A stretch of 27,059 nt of DNA. Origin: a virus (taxonomy: Duplodnaviria > Caudoviricetes). The stretch covers positions 1 to 27,059 of IMG/VR virus record IMGVR_UViG_3300006115_000058; one strand, written 5' to 3'. The notes under the pieces were generated by a model. It worked only from the letters and a program-made list of their open reading frames with translations. It made no database searches and was not told the origin of the DNA. This document shows, piece by piece, positions 7,082 to 17,000 of this stretch. Position 1 is the first letter of the stretch. Each line of letters opens with the position of its first letter. Made by a program: the position numbers and the translations under genes.

Positions 7082-9751
7082 TTATTCAAATGTAAATAAT
7101 TTGTTAAAGGTATTAGTTTGTTCAGTACTGATGATATCCCATTCTAGAACACCTATCAGGTTGTCTAGTTTGGCGTCGATGATGGTAGATTCCATCTCTG
7201 CATCGTCAAATGGTAGATCTTTGAACCATTGCGGCAATCGCAGCTCATCAACTGGATACGCTACACTAGTGAAGCCCATGGGATTGTTCCTAAGCTTGCA
7301 CACGATGACTTTTGCACCATCGCTAACAGACTGCGCATAGTTATCACCATACATACGCTTGAGCGTATTCCAATTAATGCTGGCCCGGACGTGTCCTGGC
7401 ATATTAGCTTTGCCGGCTTTGGCTTCCTTGCGCATATATTCAGTGATATTGTTGGCTCTCTTAGGTGATCCTTTTTCCCAACCTGGTCTATTTTTGAATT
7501 CGGTACGGAAATCAGTTATCATTTCCAGCACTTCTTCTTCTCCATGCCCGGTGAGCACCTTTTCTAGGATAGTACTGAGGAAGTTTTGGATGAATTCTGG
7601 AGTATCTGATCGTTTTAGGTCCAACCCCATAGCCTTGATCTTACCTGGTTTGTCTTCTGTGTCATACCTTTTGGAGTCTTTATCATAATAAAGCACCGCA
7701 TATCGCTTCTTAGTGATAAACAATCCTTTGATAGCCACAATTTCGCGTCCAGCCTTGATAACATCACCTCTGCTCTTGGGACAATGGAACGCATCTAGCA
7801 TAAACTTAGGAAAAGTTCCGTTGACTTCGTCAGCTATCTGATCATAGAGCTGGATCACACTGTCTTTGTTCCAGGGTATAAGTCCTTTTTCGATGTCTTT
7901 CTTCAAAACATTGTAAGCACTGAAGTAAACTGAGTCAGTATCACCGTAGATAATGCTCTTACCAATGTGGTCGAAGTCACCTGTTATGATCTCGTTCGTC
8001 TTACCAGCCATATGTCGAGCGATAGCACGACCTGTTAGCGTAGTACTTTGCCCAATGCGCTTATCAAAGAAGCGGCAACCTGGGTTTAGGATAGCTCCGT
8101 ACAAGCTATTTAGGTTAATTTTCTTGACTAACTGGCGCTTATCCCAGAACTCTTCCTCTATGTGGTTGCCTGCATCCTTAGCAACCTTTAGTTTGGCCTG
8201 TAGTTCTTTGCGCTCTGCGTACCATCTCTTGAGCAATCCGGGGATAACACCTTCAAATTCATAAGTAAAGATAGTACCGTTTGCGCTTAACATCCAGGGT
8301 TGGTTGCTATCATAAACCATTTTATAGATCTCAGCAGCACTCATAACTACGCTTTCGCCATTTTCCCAATCAACTGTTAGATCTACAGCCTTGTCTCGGT
8401 TTATTACAGCTTCATATTCTAAACTGCCAAACATACCTTCCCAAGCAGCAGCAAAACTCTTCTTATGAACTGTCATTTGGCGTTCAATGTACTCGTCAGT
8501 CATTATTGGACATAACTGTCCAACGATAGTTTCTGGTGCCATATTCAGTGCTCTAATAGCACTTGGATATAGACTGTTCAAATCCATAGAACCGATCCAA
8601 TCGTGCAATCCTTTTTTTGGATAAGCTACGTATGCACCTGCTGCTTGTGTGCTTTCATCTTCGTTACGTTTGGGTCTATTTGGAACAACTAGTCCTCTGC
8701 GGTGTGCTTCATTGATGATTGCCTGTTCGGTAACAGCAACAGCACCCATAGTAGTCTGTAGTAGCACTGTGTTTGCGTGTGCGAGCTCATTACTAAGGTC
8801 GATAAATTTTAGTTTATCATCTAATTTGTTTAATAGTGCAGTATCTTGCCTGTTATATTCGATAAACTTACGGAAATCATTATTATACAAACTGTCAAGA
8901 GTACCTTCATAGACTGTTTTCTTCTCACCAATCTCCATTTCACCGATAGCATCGAGCCGATAAGTGTGTCGCTCTTCGTAGGTATACTTGCGATAGAGCT
9001 CCAAACTATCAAGATGTACTCTACCAACTAGATCATAAGTGATCAATTGGCGCCCATACTTCTCAAACTCGCGTTTCTTGGGGAATTGATTCCAAAGACA
9101 GAAGCGTCTTGTATCATCTTTGCTTAATACTCTAGCTACTCTATTAACAGTATAAGGAATATCGTAACCTTCGCTGTTCCAGCCTGTTAATATATCAGCA
9201 TCTTCGATCAGATCTAAGAAAGTTTCTAGCATATCTGCTTCGTCTTCAAAGAGGAAACAGTCATTAAACTCCTCGCATTGCTTCTTAGCATCTTCGAGTT
9301 TGAGTTTCTTTGGAGGTACAGCAAGTGTTACTAGCCTATTCAGCCATTTGAGATGTATACTGATAGCAGTAATGCCCATAAACGGGTCGCTAGGATCAGC
9401 AAATCCCCGTTCTGGATCAAAGTCAGTCTCAATATCGAAGAAAGCAATGTTTAGCTTTGGTGCATCTAGATTGAGATAGTTTTCTTCTAAACAGCGGAAT
9501 GCTGGATTGATATCACTTTCATACAGCCTTTTTCCACTATGTATCTTAAGTTCTTTATGGAAATCTTTTTGGTTCTTGGCAACGATTTTACTGAGTTTTT
9601 CTCCATAGACGCTATCGTGCTTGCCTCTTGGATCTGGATAATAGATAACATACTTTGCAGGATATTCTCTAAATTGACGTTTACCGTTAACACGCTCAAC
9701 TACTTTGACTAGATCGTTGTCGCGATCGTACAATGCATCTACATAACTCAT
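7082..9751 (-). CDS. Family B DNA polymerase with 3'-5' exonuclease (T4 gp43-like)
   Basis: ExoI FFDIETD, ExoII GWNSEGYDIPY, ExoIII YNRQD. Polymerase motifs SMDLNSLYPS, KINLNSLYG, YGDTDS and KKRYA. Confidence 0.97.
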   Translation of the reverse strand: MSYVDALYDRDNDLVKVVERVNGKRQFREYPAKYVIYYPDPRGKHDSVYGEKLSKIVAKNQKDFHKELKIHSGKRLYESDINPAFRCLEENYLNLDAPKLNIAFFDIETDFDPERGFADPSDPFMGITAISIHLKWLNRLVTLAVPPKKLKLEDAKKQCEEFNDCFLFEDEADMLETFLDLIEDADILTGWNSEGYDIPYTVNRVARVLSKDDTRRFCLWNQFPKKREFEKYGRQLITYDLVGRVHLDSLELYRKYTYEERHTYRLDAIGEMEIGEKKTVYEGTLDSLYNNDFRKFIEYNRQDTALLNKLDDKLKFIDLSNELAHANTVLLQTTMGAVAVTEQAIINEAHRRGLVVPNRPKRNEDESTQAAGAYVAYPKKGLHDWIGSMDLNSLYPSAIRALNMAPETIVGQLCPIMTDEYIERQMTVHKKSFAAAWEGMFGSLEYEAVINRDKAVDLTVDWENGESVVMSAAEIYKMVYDSNQPWMLSANGTIFTYEFEGVIPGLLKRWYAERKELQAKLKVAKDAGNHIEEEFWDKRQLVKKINLNSLYGAILNPGCRFFDKRIGQSTTLTGRAIARHMAGKTNEIITGDFDHIGKSIIYGDTDSVYFSAYNVLKKDIEKGLIPWNKDSVIQLYDQIADEVNGTFPKFMLDAFHCPKSRGDVIKAGREIVAIKGLFITKKRYAVLYYDKDSKRYDTEDKPGKIKAMGLDLKRSDTPEFIQNFLSTILEKVLTGHGEEEVLEMITDFRTEFKNRPGWEKGSPKRANNITEYMRKEAKAGKANMPGHVRASINWNTLKRMYGDNYAQSVSDGAKVIVCKLRNNPMGFTSVAYPVDELRLPQWFKDLPFDDAEMESTIIDAKLDNLIGVLEWDIISTEQTNTFNKLFTFE

Positions 9752-9758
9752 TTATTTT

Positions 9759-9812
9759 CTCCTATTGCGACTTGTGGCTCGCAAAATACCCTAATGCGGA
9801 TTGTGGCCTCGC
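9759..9812 (-). promoter_or_regulatory. Twin GCCACAA-loop hairpins in the polymerase leader (candidate translational operator)
   Basis: mRNA reads GCGAG-GCCACAA-UCCGC ... UUGCGA-GCCACAAG-UCGCAA-U-AGGAG. The second stem is a perfect 6 bp and abuts the Shine-Dalgarno. Confidence 0.6.
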
Positions 9813-9834
9813 CTGCCTTATAAATTTACTTATT

Positions 9835-10119
9835 TTAGATCCAGCCGTTAGCGATACAAAATCCAAATATATTAGAGCAGCTGAAATACATAGTTAATAC
9901 CATTACCCAAGCTGCTCCTCGTCGGTACGCTGCCATTACTTGGCTAATGCTACCCAAGAAAAACATAGGATAAACTATGGTCATATCTGGATGCCTAGCG
10001 TGCAGTGCTAATGTTAACGATCCTGCTATAGTAAAAATAGCACTAAACATTTCTATGTAAAATGCTATTTTATCTGACTTATAGCTATTAATCCAAAAGT
10101 TTTTTATCTTTGTTATCAA
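9835..10119 (-). CDS. Small membrane protein (about 3 TM helices)
   Basis: Three hydrophobic stretches. TTG start overlapping the upstream TGA. Confidence 0.7.
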   Translation of the reverse strand: MITKIKNFWINSYKSDKIAFYIEMFSAIFTIAGSLTLALHARHPDMTIVYPMFFLGSISQVMAAYRRGAAWVMVLTMYFSCSNIFGFCIANGWI

Positions 10120-10373
10120 ACGTCTCTACCTGTAGTGACTAAGATAGTCTCAAGTTCATCGTACTCTTCGCTAGCCTTGGACCAATTGCGCTTGTGTGCG
10201 ATATTGACTGCTTTAGTAAGCAGGCTTGGCTTGATATCTAGTTCTTCTGCGACAGCTTTGATGGTGTCACGTAGCCCGCCCTTGAGGTCGTCTACTTCTT
10301 GCAATACCTGCGATCCTTGATCGATAACGCTGATAAGCTTGGCTTTTTCTTCAGATCCATAAACTCGGCTCAT
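10116..10373 (-). CDS. Putative dsDNA-binding protein (T4 DsbA-like regulator)
   Basis: 85-aa helical protein with a LRDTIKAVAEELDIKPSLL pattern resembling phage DsbA/GapR. Strong AAGGAG RBS. Confidence 0.5.
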   Translation of the reverse strand: MSRVYGSEEKAKLISVIDQGSQVLQEVDDLKGGLRDTIKAVAEELDIKPSLLTKAVNIAHKRNWSKASEEYDELETILVTTGRDV

Positions 10374-10393
10374 GTATTTCTCCTTATGTTGTT

Positions 10394-10422
10394 ATTATAT
10401 AGAGAAAGTCTGTTTAGTTCAA
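10394..10422 (-). promoter_or_regulatory. Sigma70-type promoter heading the replication operon
   Basis: TTGAAC (10422-10417), 17-bp spacer, TATAAT (10399-10394), followed by AAGGAG. Confidence 0.75.
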
Positions 10423-10427
10423 GCTTT

Positions 10428-10631
10428 TTATTTCTTATTCCAAGGATTTTCTGTTTTGATATACTGGCGTATTGGATTGTTTGGACTTAGCTTATGCATT
10501 GCTAGATTAGCTAGTCCTCTAGATCCTGCGCTTTGGGGATCTTGTAGCTGTTTACGCACATCCATGGTGGAATTATTTGGCGTTATTGGATAGTCAGATG
10601 GTGATTTGCTGGGATCCAGATGTTCAGTCAT
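10428..10631 (-). CDS. Hypothetical protein (67 aa)
   Basis: Co-oriented ORF overlapping the upstream stop. Confidence 0.55.
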   Translation of the reverse strand: MTEHLDPSKSPSDYPITPNNSTMDVRKQLQDPQSAGSRGLANLAMHKLSPNNPIRQYIKTENPWNKK

Positions 10632-10857
10632 TGCCTAATCCGCTTAGTTTTCTTATCTTTGCGAGTTCAGTATCATCACCTTGTTTGGTCATGTATCTGA
10701 CGATCTCGTTATATTTGTCCATACCAACGACTCCGTGCTGACTTAACTTAGTAACGATTTCTGTCACGTCGTGTATGTCAGCATCTTCTTTTATTTCCTC
10801 TCTAGCTAATTCTAAAAGCCTTATAAAGAGAGGAACGTCGAGTCGTATAACGTCCAT
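10624..10857 (-). CDS. Hypothetical protein (MDVIRLDVPLFIRLLE...ELAKIRKLSGL)
   Basis: Start reassigned to ATG 10857, a TAATG overlap with the upstream stop. Confidence 0.65.
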   Translation of the reverse strand: MDVIRLDVPLFIRLLELAREEIKEDADIHDVTEIVTKLSQHGVVGMDKYNEIVRYMTKQGDDTELAKIRKLSGLGND

Positions 10858-11081
10858 TATTCTTCTTCTGGACTTCCTGGTACTGCTGTTAACCAAGGAA
10901 TATCATTACCGAGTGAATGTTGCACACTCATGATCATTTGGCCACTGTAAGTAAAAACGTTTGTAGGTTGATCTGTTAGGCGAGCGCACTTTTCCAATGC
11001 TTCGTTCATATCTGTTAGTGATACAGAATAGAAATAAGAGTGTGATGGAAACATAGTATCTAGTTCTTCATATAGTGTCAT
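10857..11081 (-). CDS. Hypothetical protein (74 aa)
   Basis: AGGAG RBS preceded by TAAATA at 11105-11100. Confidence 0.65.
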   Translation of the reverse strand: MTLYEELDTMFPSHSYFYSVSLTDMNEALEKCARLTDQPTNVFTYSGQMIMSVQHSLGNDIPWLTAVPGSPEEE

Positions 11082-11107
11082 TTTAAAATTCTCCTCTAGT
11101 ATTTATT

Positions 11108-14005
11108 TTAATTCCAGAATTGTATCGGTACGGGAATCGAACTACGATTAAAAGCAGGATCAGCAATACCTAGCCCCGGACTTGATCCAGTTTTTAGTTT
11201 AATTACTGAACCGTAATTTGGACTAAAGAATACTTCAGTTGTTGAAATATTTATCTTCTGTTTTTCTACACGATTTATTAATGAGAGATAGGATATATTA
11301 CCAATACCTTTTGCCCTATATCCGTCTCCGATAATAGATACATCATAAACTGTCGCTTCTTTTGGTACAGGATTTTTTATCACTTCGATTGGTTTTTGTA
11401 GATTGCTTATAGAAGGCGAAAAGAATAATCCGATCTTAGTATATGGAACTTTTAATTTATTTACGTTGTATACATCCCAAATCGTTGCTTCGTTAGGTAC
11501 AGGATTCTTTACTACCTCAAGCTGTTTCTGTAGATTAGAAATGTCCCAAATCGTTGCTTCGTTAGGTACAGGATTCTTTATCACTTCTAATTGTTTCTGT
11601 AGATTTGATATAGCTGCTGTGTAAAATACTTCTGTGTTAGTATATGGAACTTTAAGTTTGTTTATATTATATGCATCCCAAAAGACAGCATCATTAGGTA
11701 CAGGATTCTTTATCACTTCAATCTGTTTCTGTAGATTAGTTGAAATTATATTGTTTGCCATAGCAGCTGGATAGAAGTAAGGAAAACGCGATCCATATCG
11801 ACCTTGTGCTATTTGAGCATAGTATAAGTTTTCACGTGGAACACCTGTGCTAGTGGTTGTGGAGATGCCAGGAGCAAATAGCAGTACAGTGCTATTAGAT
11901 GGAAGTGATGTGGGTGCTTGGCTAATATATATGGTATTACCCGAGACACTAGTAACAACAGTGCCCGTTGGATAAACACCGCTATTAGCCTGTCCACTGC
12001 TAGTAACTGTCCAACCTATCCAGTTTGGATTAGCAGGAGTTGTGGAATTGTATATTAAGTAATAAAGTAAATTTCCACCGGAAAGTAAAATACCAGATGA
12101 AGATATAGATACAGTAGCACTAGTATATGTTTGATTATAAAAATTCTGCAGGTTAGCAGATAATACTGTATTAGGACTACTACTACCTCGAACTACGAAA
12201 CTGTCTTGTGCTTTACCAGTTAATATAATATTTCTGCTCGTACCCCCACGCACGATTTCGATCTGCTTCTGCAGGTTAGATGGAGATAAGTTATTTGGCA
12301 TAGCAGCTGGATAGAAGTATGGGAATCTAGATCCATATCGACCTTGTGCTATTTGGGCATAGTATAGATTTTCTCTAGGAATCCCTGTGCTAGTGGTTGT
12401 AAATACAGTGCTTTGTAGTATAGTTGAATTTATATTACTGAGAGATACGGTATTTGGACTAGCACTACCTCTAGCCACATAGTTGTCTTGTGCTTTACCA
12501 AATAGACTGGCAGCATAAAATACTTCTGTATTAGTATACGGAATCTTGAGTTTGTTTATATTGCTGAGAGATACGGTATTCGGACTAGCACTGCCTCTAG
12601 CCACATAGATGTCTTGTGCTTTACCTGTTAATACAGTATTCGGACTAGCACTGCCTCTAGCCACATAGTTGTCTTGTGCTTTACCAAATAGACTAGCAGC
12701 ATAAAATACTTCTGTATTAGTATATGGAACTTTGAGTTTTGTGATATTATTGGTATCCCAAACTATCGCATCAGTTGGTGTGGGATTTTTGATTATCCCA
12801 ATCTGTTTCTGTAGATTGCTAGTTAATATATTATTACTACTAGCCCCACCACGAACGATTTCTAATTGTTTCTGTAGATTGCTAGTTAATATATTATTGC
12901 TGCTAGCACCGCCACGCACAATTTCGAATTGCTTTTGCATATTACTAGAAGATATTGTGTAGAATACTTCTGTATTAGTATATGGAACTTTTAATTTGTT
13001 TATATTATTAAGCAATATAGTATTCGGACTAGCACTACCTCTAGCCACATAGTTGTCTTGTGCTTTACCTGTTAATATGATGTTTCTGCTAGCACCACCG
13101 CGTACCACTTCTATCTGTTTCTGTAGATTGCTAGTTAATATATTATTGCTACTAGCACCACCGCGTACAACTTCTATCTGTTTCTGCAGATTACTTGAAG
13201 ATATCGTATAGAATACTTCTGCGTTAGTGTATGGAATTTTGAGTTTTGTGATATTATTGATATCCCAAACGACCGTGTCATTTGGTGTGGGATTTTTGAT
13301 TATCTCCAGCTGTTTTTGCAGATTAGTAGTTAATATTAAATTCGGACTAGCACTGCCACGTATCACTTCTAGTTGTTTTTGTAGATTTGTAGTTAATATA
13401 TTGTTAATACTTCCTTTAGCTAAAAAATTGTCTTTGGTTTTACCAAATAGACTAGTAGTATAGAATACTTCTGTGTTAGTGTATGGAATTTTTAATTTGT
13501 TTACGTTATAGGTATTAGCTAGAGAATTGATACTAGCACCGCCACGTATTACTTCAATTTGTTTCTGTAGATTAGTAACTAATATGTTATTACTACTAGC
13601 ACCACCTCTAGCTACAAATCCATCTTTAGTTTTGCCTATTGATATTGTATTCAGGCTAGCACTGCCTCTAGCTAAGAATCCATCCTTGGTTTTTCCGGTT
13701 AATCGATTATCAGTTATCCCATTTATAGCACCTTCGGATATAGTTATTGATGCACTAGATAATGCCACAGTTGGTGCTATATTAACTGAAAATGAATTAC
13801 TATTAATAACAGATGTGATGATAGTATTGTTTGCAAATTGTCCAGTACCGCTATTAACGACCGGAGTAGTACCGACCCATCTGGAATCAGTCGTGCCAGT
13901 TATTGTCACAGTGGAACCACTACTTGATGCTGTAGTAGTTGAGGTATATGTATTCCACTGTATACCACTAGAAGCCCCTGGGGCTGGAAATACTGTCGCC
14001 GGCAT
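11108..14005 (-). CDS. 965-aa modular repeat protein, probably a virion fibre or surface protein
   Basis: About 28 copies of four 19-25-aa module types plus a duplicated 34-aa block. TAAATA lies 5 nt before the ATG. Confidence 0.8.
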   Translation of the reverse strand: MPATVFPAPGASSGIQWNTYTSTTTASSSGSTVTITGTTDSRWVGTTPVVNSGTGQFANNTIITSVINSNSFSVNIAPTVALSSASITISEGAINGITDNRLTGKTKDGFLARGSASLNTISIGKTKDGFVARGGASSNNILVTNLQKQIEVIRGGASINSLANTYNVNKLKIPYTNTEVFYTTSLFGKTKDNFLAKGSINNILTTNLQKQLEVIRGSASPNLILTTNLQKQLEIIKNPTPNDTVVWDINNITKLKIPYTNAEVFYTISSSNLQKQIEVVRGGASSNNILTSNLQKQIEVVRGGASRNIILTGKAQDNYVARGSASPNTILLNNINKLKVPYTNTEVFYTISSSNMQKQFEIVRGGASSNNILTSNLQKQLEIVRGGASSNNILTSNLQKQIGIIKNPTPTDAIVWDTNNITKLKVPYTNTEVFYAASLFGKAQDNYVARGSASPNTVLTGKAQDIYVARGSASPNTVSLSNINKLKIPYTNTEVFYAASLFGKAQDNYVARGSASPNTVSLSNINSTILQSTVFTTTSTGIPRENLYYAQIAQGRYGSRFPYFYPAAMPNNLSPSNLQKQIEIVRGGTSRNIILTGKAQDSFVVRGSSSPNTVLSANLQNFYNQTYTSATVSISSSGILLSGGNLLYYLIYNSTTPANPNWIGWTVTSSGQANSGVYPTGTVVTSVSGNTIYISQAPTSLPSNSTVLLFAPGISTTTSTGVPRENLYYAQIAQGRYGSRFPYFYPAAMANNIISTNLQKQIEVIKNPVPNDAVFWDAYNINKLKVPYTNTEVFYTAAISNLQKQLEVIKNPVPNEATIWDISNLQKQLEVVKNPVPNEATIWDVYNVNKLKVPYTKIGLFFSPSISNLQKPIEVIKNPVPKEATVYDVSIIGDGYRAKGIGNISYLSLINRVEKQKINISTTEVFFSPNYGSVIKLKTGSSPGLGIADPAFNRSSIPVPIQFWN
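11370..13700. repeat. Imperfect coding repeats with 60-69-bp periods and a 102-bp duplication
   Basis: CGGACTAGCACTGCCTCTAGCCACATAG at 12581 and 12641. TCCCAAATCGTTGCTTCGTTAGGTACAGGATTCTTT at 11475 and 11544. 11759-11860 duplicates 12299-12400. Confidence 0.9.
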
Positions 14006-14019
14006 ATCAATATTTACCT

Positions 14020-14050
14020 AAAAAAATAGCTGCACAAGGCAGCTATTTTT
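14020..14050. terminator. Rho-independent terminator, potentially bidirectional
   Basis: AAAAATAGCTGC-ACAAG-GCAGCTATTTTT is a perfect 12-bp inverted repeat with A/T tails, 18 nt past the stop of the 1371-aa gene. Confidence 0.88.
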
Positions 14051-14067
14051 GTTTACAGTCGATCCTA

Positions 14068-17000
14068 TTACGCTGGGAAAGCAAAACGGAAGTTGTTTAC
14101 AAATAGTGTTGCTGAGGAAGAAGACTGGGTACTAGGATCTTCTAAGCTCCTCCATTCCTGCTGTGGACCAGCACTTGCGTTCTGTGTAAGAGCAAAACGA
14201 TATGTTAGCACTGGCTGTTGTCCTGGAACTAATGTTGTACTCATGTTATTAGGAGGAGTAGTAGTTACCCAATGGTCTGCTGCTGCACCCGATGTATTAT
14301 AAAAATAATCTGGGAAAAATGCAGTTGGAGTAGTGGTATTAATAGTTATTGATACTGTATCCATTAGCGTTCCTAAGTTGCTTGGTAGTATCTTCATACC
14401 ATATATACGACCCCTCACATCTGGATCATATGCTGGTCCAAGCACGACTACTGGACTAAACATAAAGCGTTTTGCGTTATATACGTTAGTATACACTGGA
14501 ACAATCTGTCCCATATGCGTCTGTGGTATGCTGTTAGCAGCGTTAGTTAGCGTGTTTGATGTTACAGTTGGTGGGCTGTTTAGATATGCTGGATTGTAAG
14601 ATCCACCATAGTTACCAAACTCAACTTGATGACCCCAACGTCCTGTAGTTATAGTTAATGAACTATAAACGTGAGCATTGAATCCAACTAAGTCGCCTGA
14701 GGAGTTACGTACCCTCGGTGGAGATAGCACACATCCGTGTATTAGATAGCTCTGTAGTACAGGCAATGTTGGGATCTGCTGCGCACCTGTTGGCAATCTA
14801 TTGCCGTTAAAATAAGCAAAGCAAGGCCACGGAGCAACGCCTGGAGTATACTGGATAACGTTCTGGTTGAAACCAGCAAGTAACTGCGTTGGAGGTGATG
14901 CACCCTGTGATAGCTGGGTACCACCGTAAGTACCACCAAATGTAACACCGCCCGTACCTGTACCAGTGCTTGCGTCTTCTGGCTGCGCACGTTCGTATTC
15001 GATACAGCCTGTCATCTGTGCCTGTATGTTACTAAATGTCTTGCCCTGTATCGCAAAATAACGAGTGTTACCAAATAGATATAAGAATCCACCTGTTAGT
15101 TGAGACATAGCAGTTATATCATATACACCATATAGTGAATGTGCTACGATCGACGAAGCAGCGATCGTTTGAGAAGTACCCATACCAGTATATGTAGCGG
15201 TTGCTGTACCTACAGTACCTGTCGTACCAGTTGGTGGAGTTTGTGGATATCCGCTAGCCAGTATAGGAGTGCTCATCGCAGCAGTTAGTGATCCTGCGAT
15301 TGGCTGTGCTATAGTGTATACAGTAGTAGTCTGTGATCCCTGTGTCACGACACCGCCGCTTAGATCTGCTTGGTTGATGCCCACACCGTGCGTTTGGGCA
15401 TAACTTGCTACCCAGCGTTCGTAAACCGGAGTAGAATAAGCCCCAAACGCAGTAGTAATAGCTGAAGAAACAGTAGTAGCAAGTGAAGTCATAGTGCTCT
15501 GGAATAGAGGGAACATACGGAATCCAACATACTTACGATCCAATGACTGGTTGATAGTAGTGGAGCTCTGGTTAGCGCCTGCTGTAGTAAACTGTGCATT
15601 ATAGTTTGGTGCGCTGTATACATACTCGATAAAGTCACCGCCAGTTGATGGATAATACACAGTCGGTGGATTAGCAGCAGCTACATATAAGTTATTCTTG
15701 AGAGGTGTAGCTAGTGTGATAGTAGTAGTACCAGCTGTGATATAAGTGTAAAGAGGTACGCTCCTATAGTATGGGGTTGGACCAGTTACTGATACAGTCT
15801 GAGACACAGTTAGCGAAGTATCTGAAGCTATAGCAGTAACAGTTAGATACTGCTCGGCAACAACGATTTCAGCACCAATATGTAGCTGTGATGTAAACAG
15901 TGTGTTAGTTCCTGTTATAGTAGTTGAAGCTGAAACAGTGTTGATCTGTCCTGCTAGCACTAGCGGAGTACCACCACCACCGCTGATCTTAACGAAGTTA
16001 TAAGTTGGACCTGAAGTAGCAGCAGCAGAAACAGTTAGTGTAGTAGCACCTATACCATATACAGTACCAGTACCGCCTGCTAGTGTAGTAGACTGTGTCC
16101 ATTTAGTGTTGTTACCCGCACCAGCTGTTCCACCTTCACGTGTACCTTCTAGAACGTATCCGTGTAGCTTGAGTTTCTTATAGAAGCTAACACCGTTATA
16201 GAAGTTGTAAGTACCAGTTGCCTGTGTGTTAAATGCCTGGCTTATAGTGATAGTAGTTGAACTTACGTTAGTCACATAAGTCTGTGGAGCTATACCGGAT
16301 CCAGTTACTAACTGTCCGATGGCTATGTTGGAAGCACTGTTAACAACGAATGTTGTAGCTGCGGGAGCACCACCACTTGAATAAGTCGTAGAAGCTGTAG
16401 CAGTCGCACCTGCGTTGTTAGCAGTAGTGTGTGTAAAATCAGTGTTGATCTTAAACTGTGTGTTGTTAATGATTGATGTAACGGTACATTCAGTACCGTT
16501 AATGATCAAGTCGTCACCTACACGTAGATCTGATAAGAAAATAGTAGTAGTACCATATATATTACCGTTTATGAATGTATCGTCACGCTTAAATGGTATT
16601 AGATAAACTGTTTGGCGTAGTATACCAGTAGTAACGCCGGAATAACCTACATAATCTGTTACGTAGCAGTTAGTTGCAGCAGTTAGTGAAGTGTTAATTG
16701 TTCCTGAGAAGCTGCTAAAGTTGATAGTCCTAACTTCGTCACTTAACCATACTTGATCAAGCAAGCTAGTTTGGTACATATATGGGGTGTATGTTGTGGT
16801 ATTTAGGTTCTGATAGCCTAAATCCCAGAAGAAGTTAGTACCTGTTCCCTGTAGTGAGCTCACGTTAAATGCAGCACCTGATATAGTAGTAGCCTGTGAT
16901 GTAGTATAAGCTCCGAGACCGCCTGGGGTATAGAAGTAAACAGTAGTACTGATAGCACCAGTTAGGTTGTTGCTTATAGTGATAGTAGTACCGCTGATAG

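Noticed and set aside
7082-9751. Intein or split in the DNA polymerase
   Set aside because: The length (889 aa) and motif spacing are normal, with no intein splice motifs.
11370-13700. Repeats as a possible CRISPR array or non-coding repeat locus
   Set aside because: The repeats are in-frame multiples of 3 with synonymous variation inside one long ORF, and there is no constant-repeat/unique-spacer structure.
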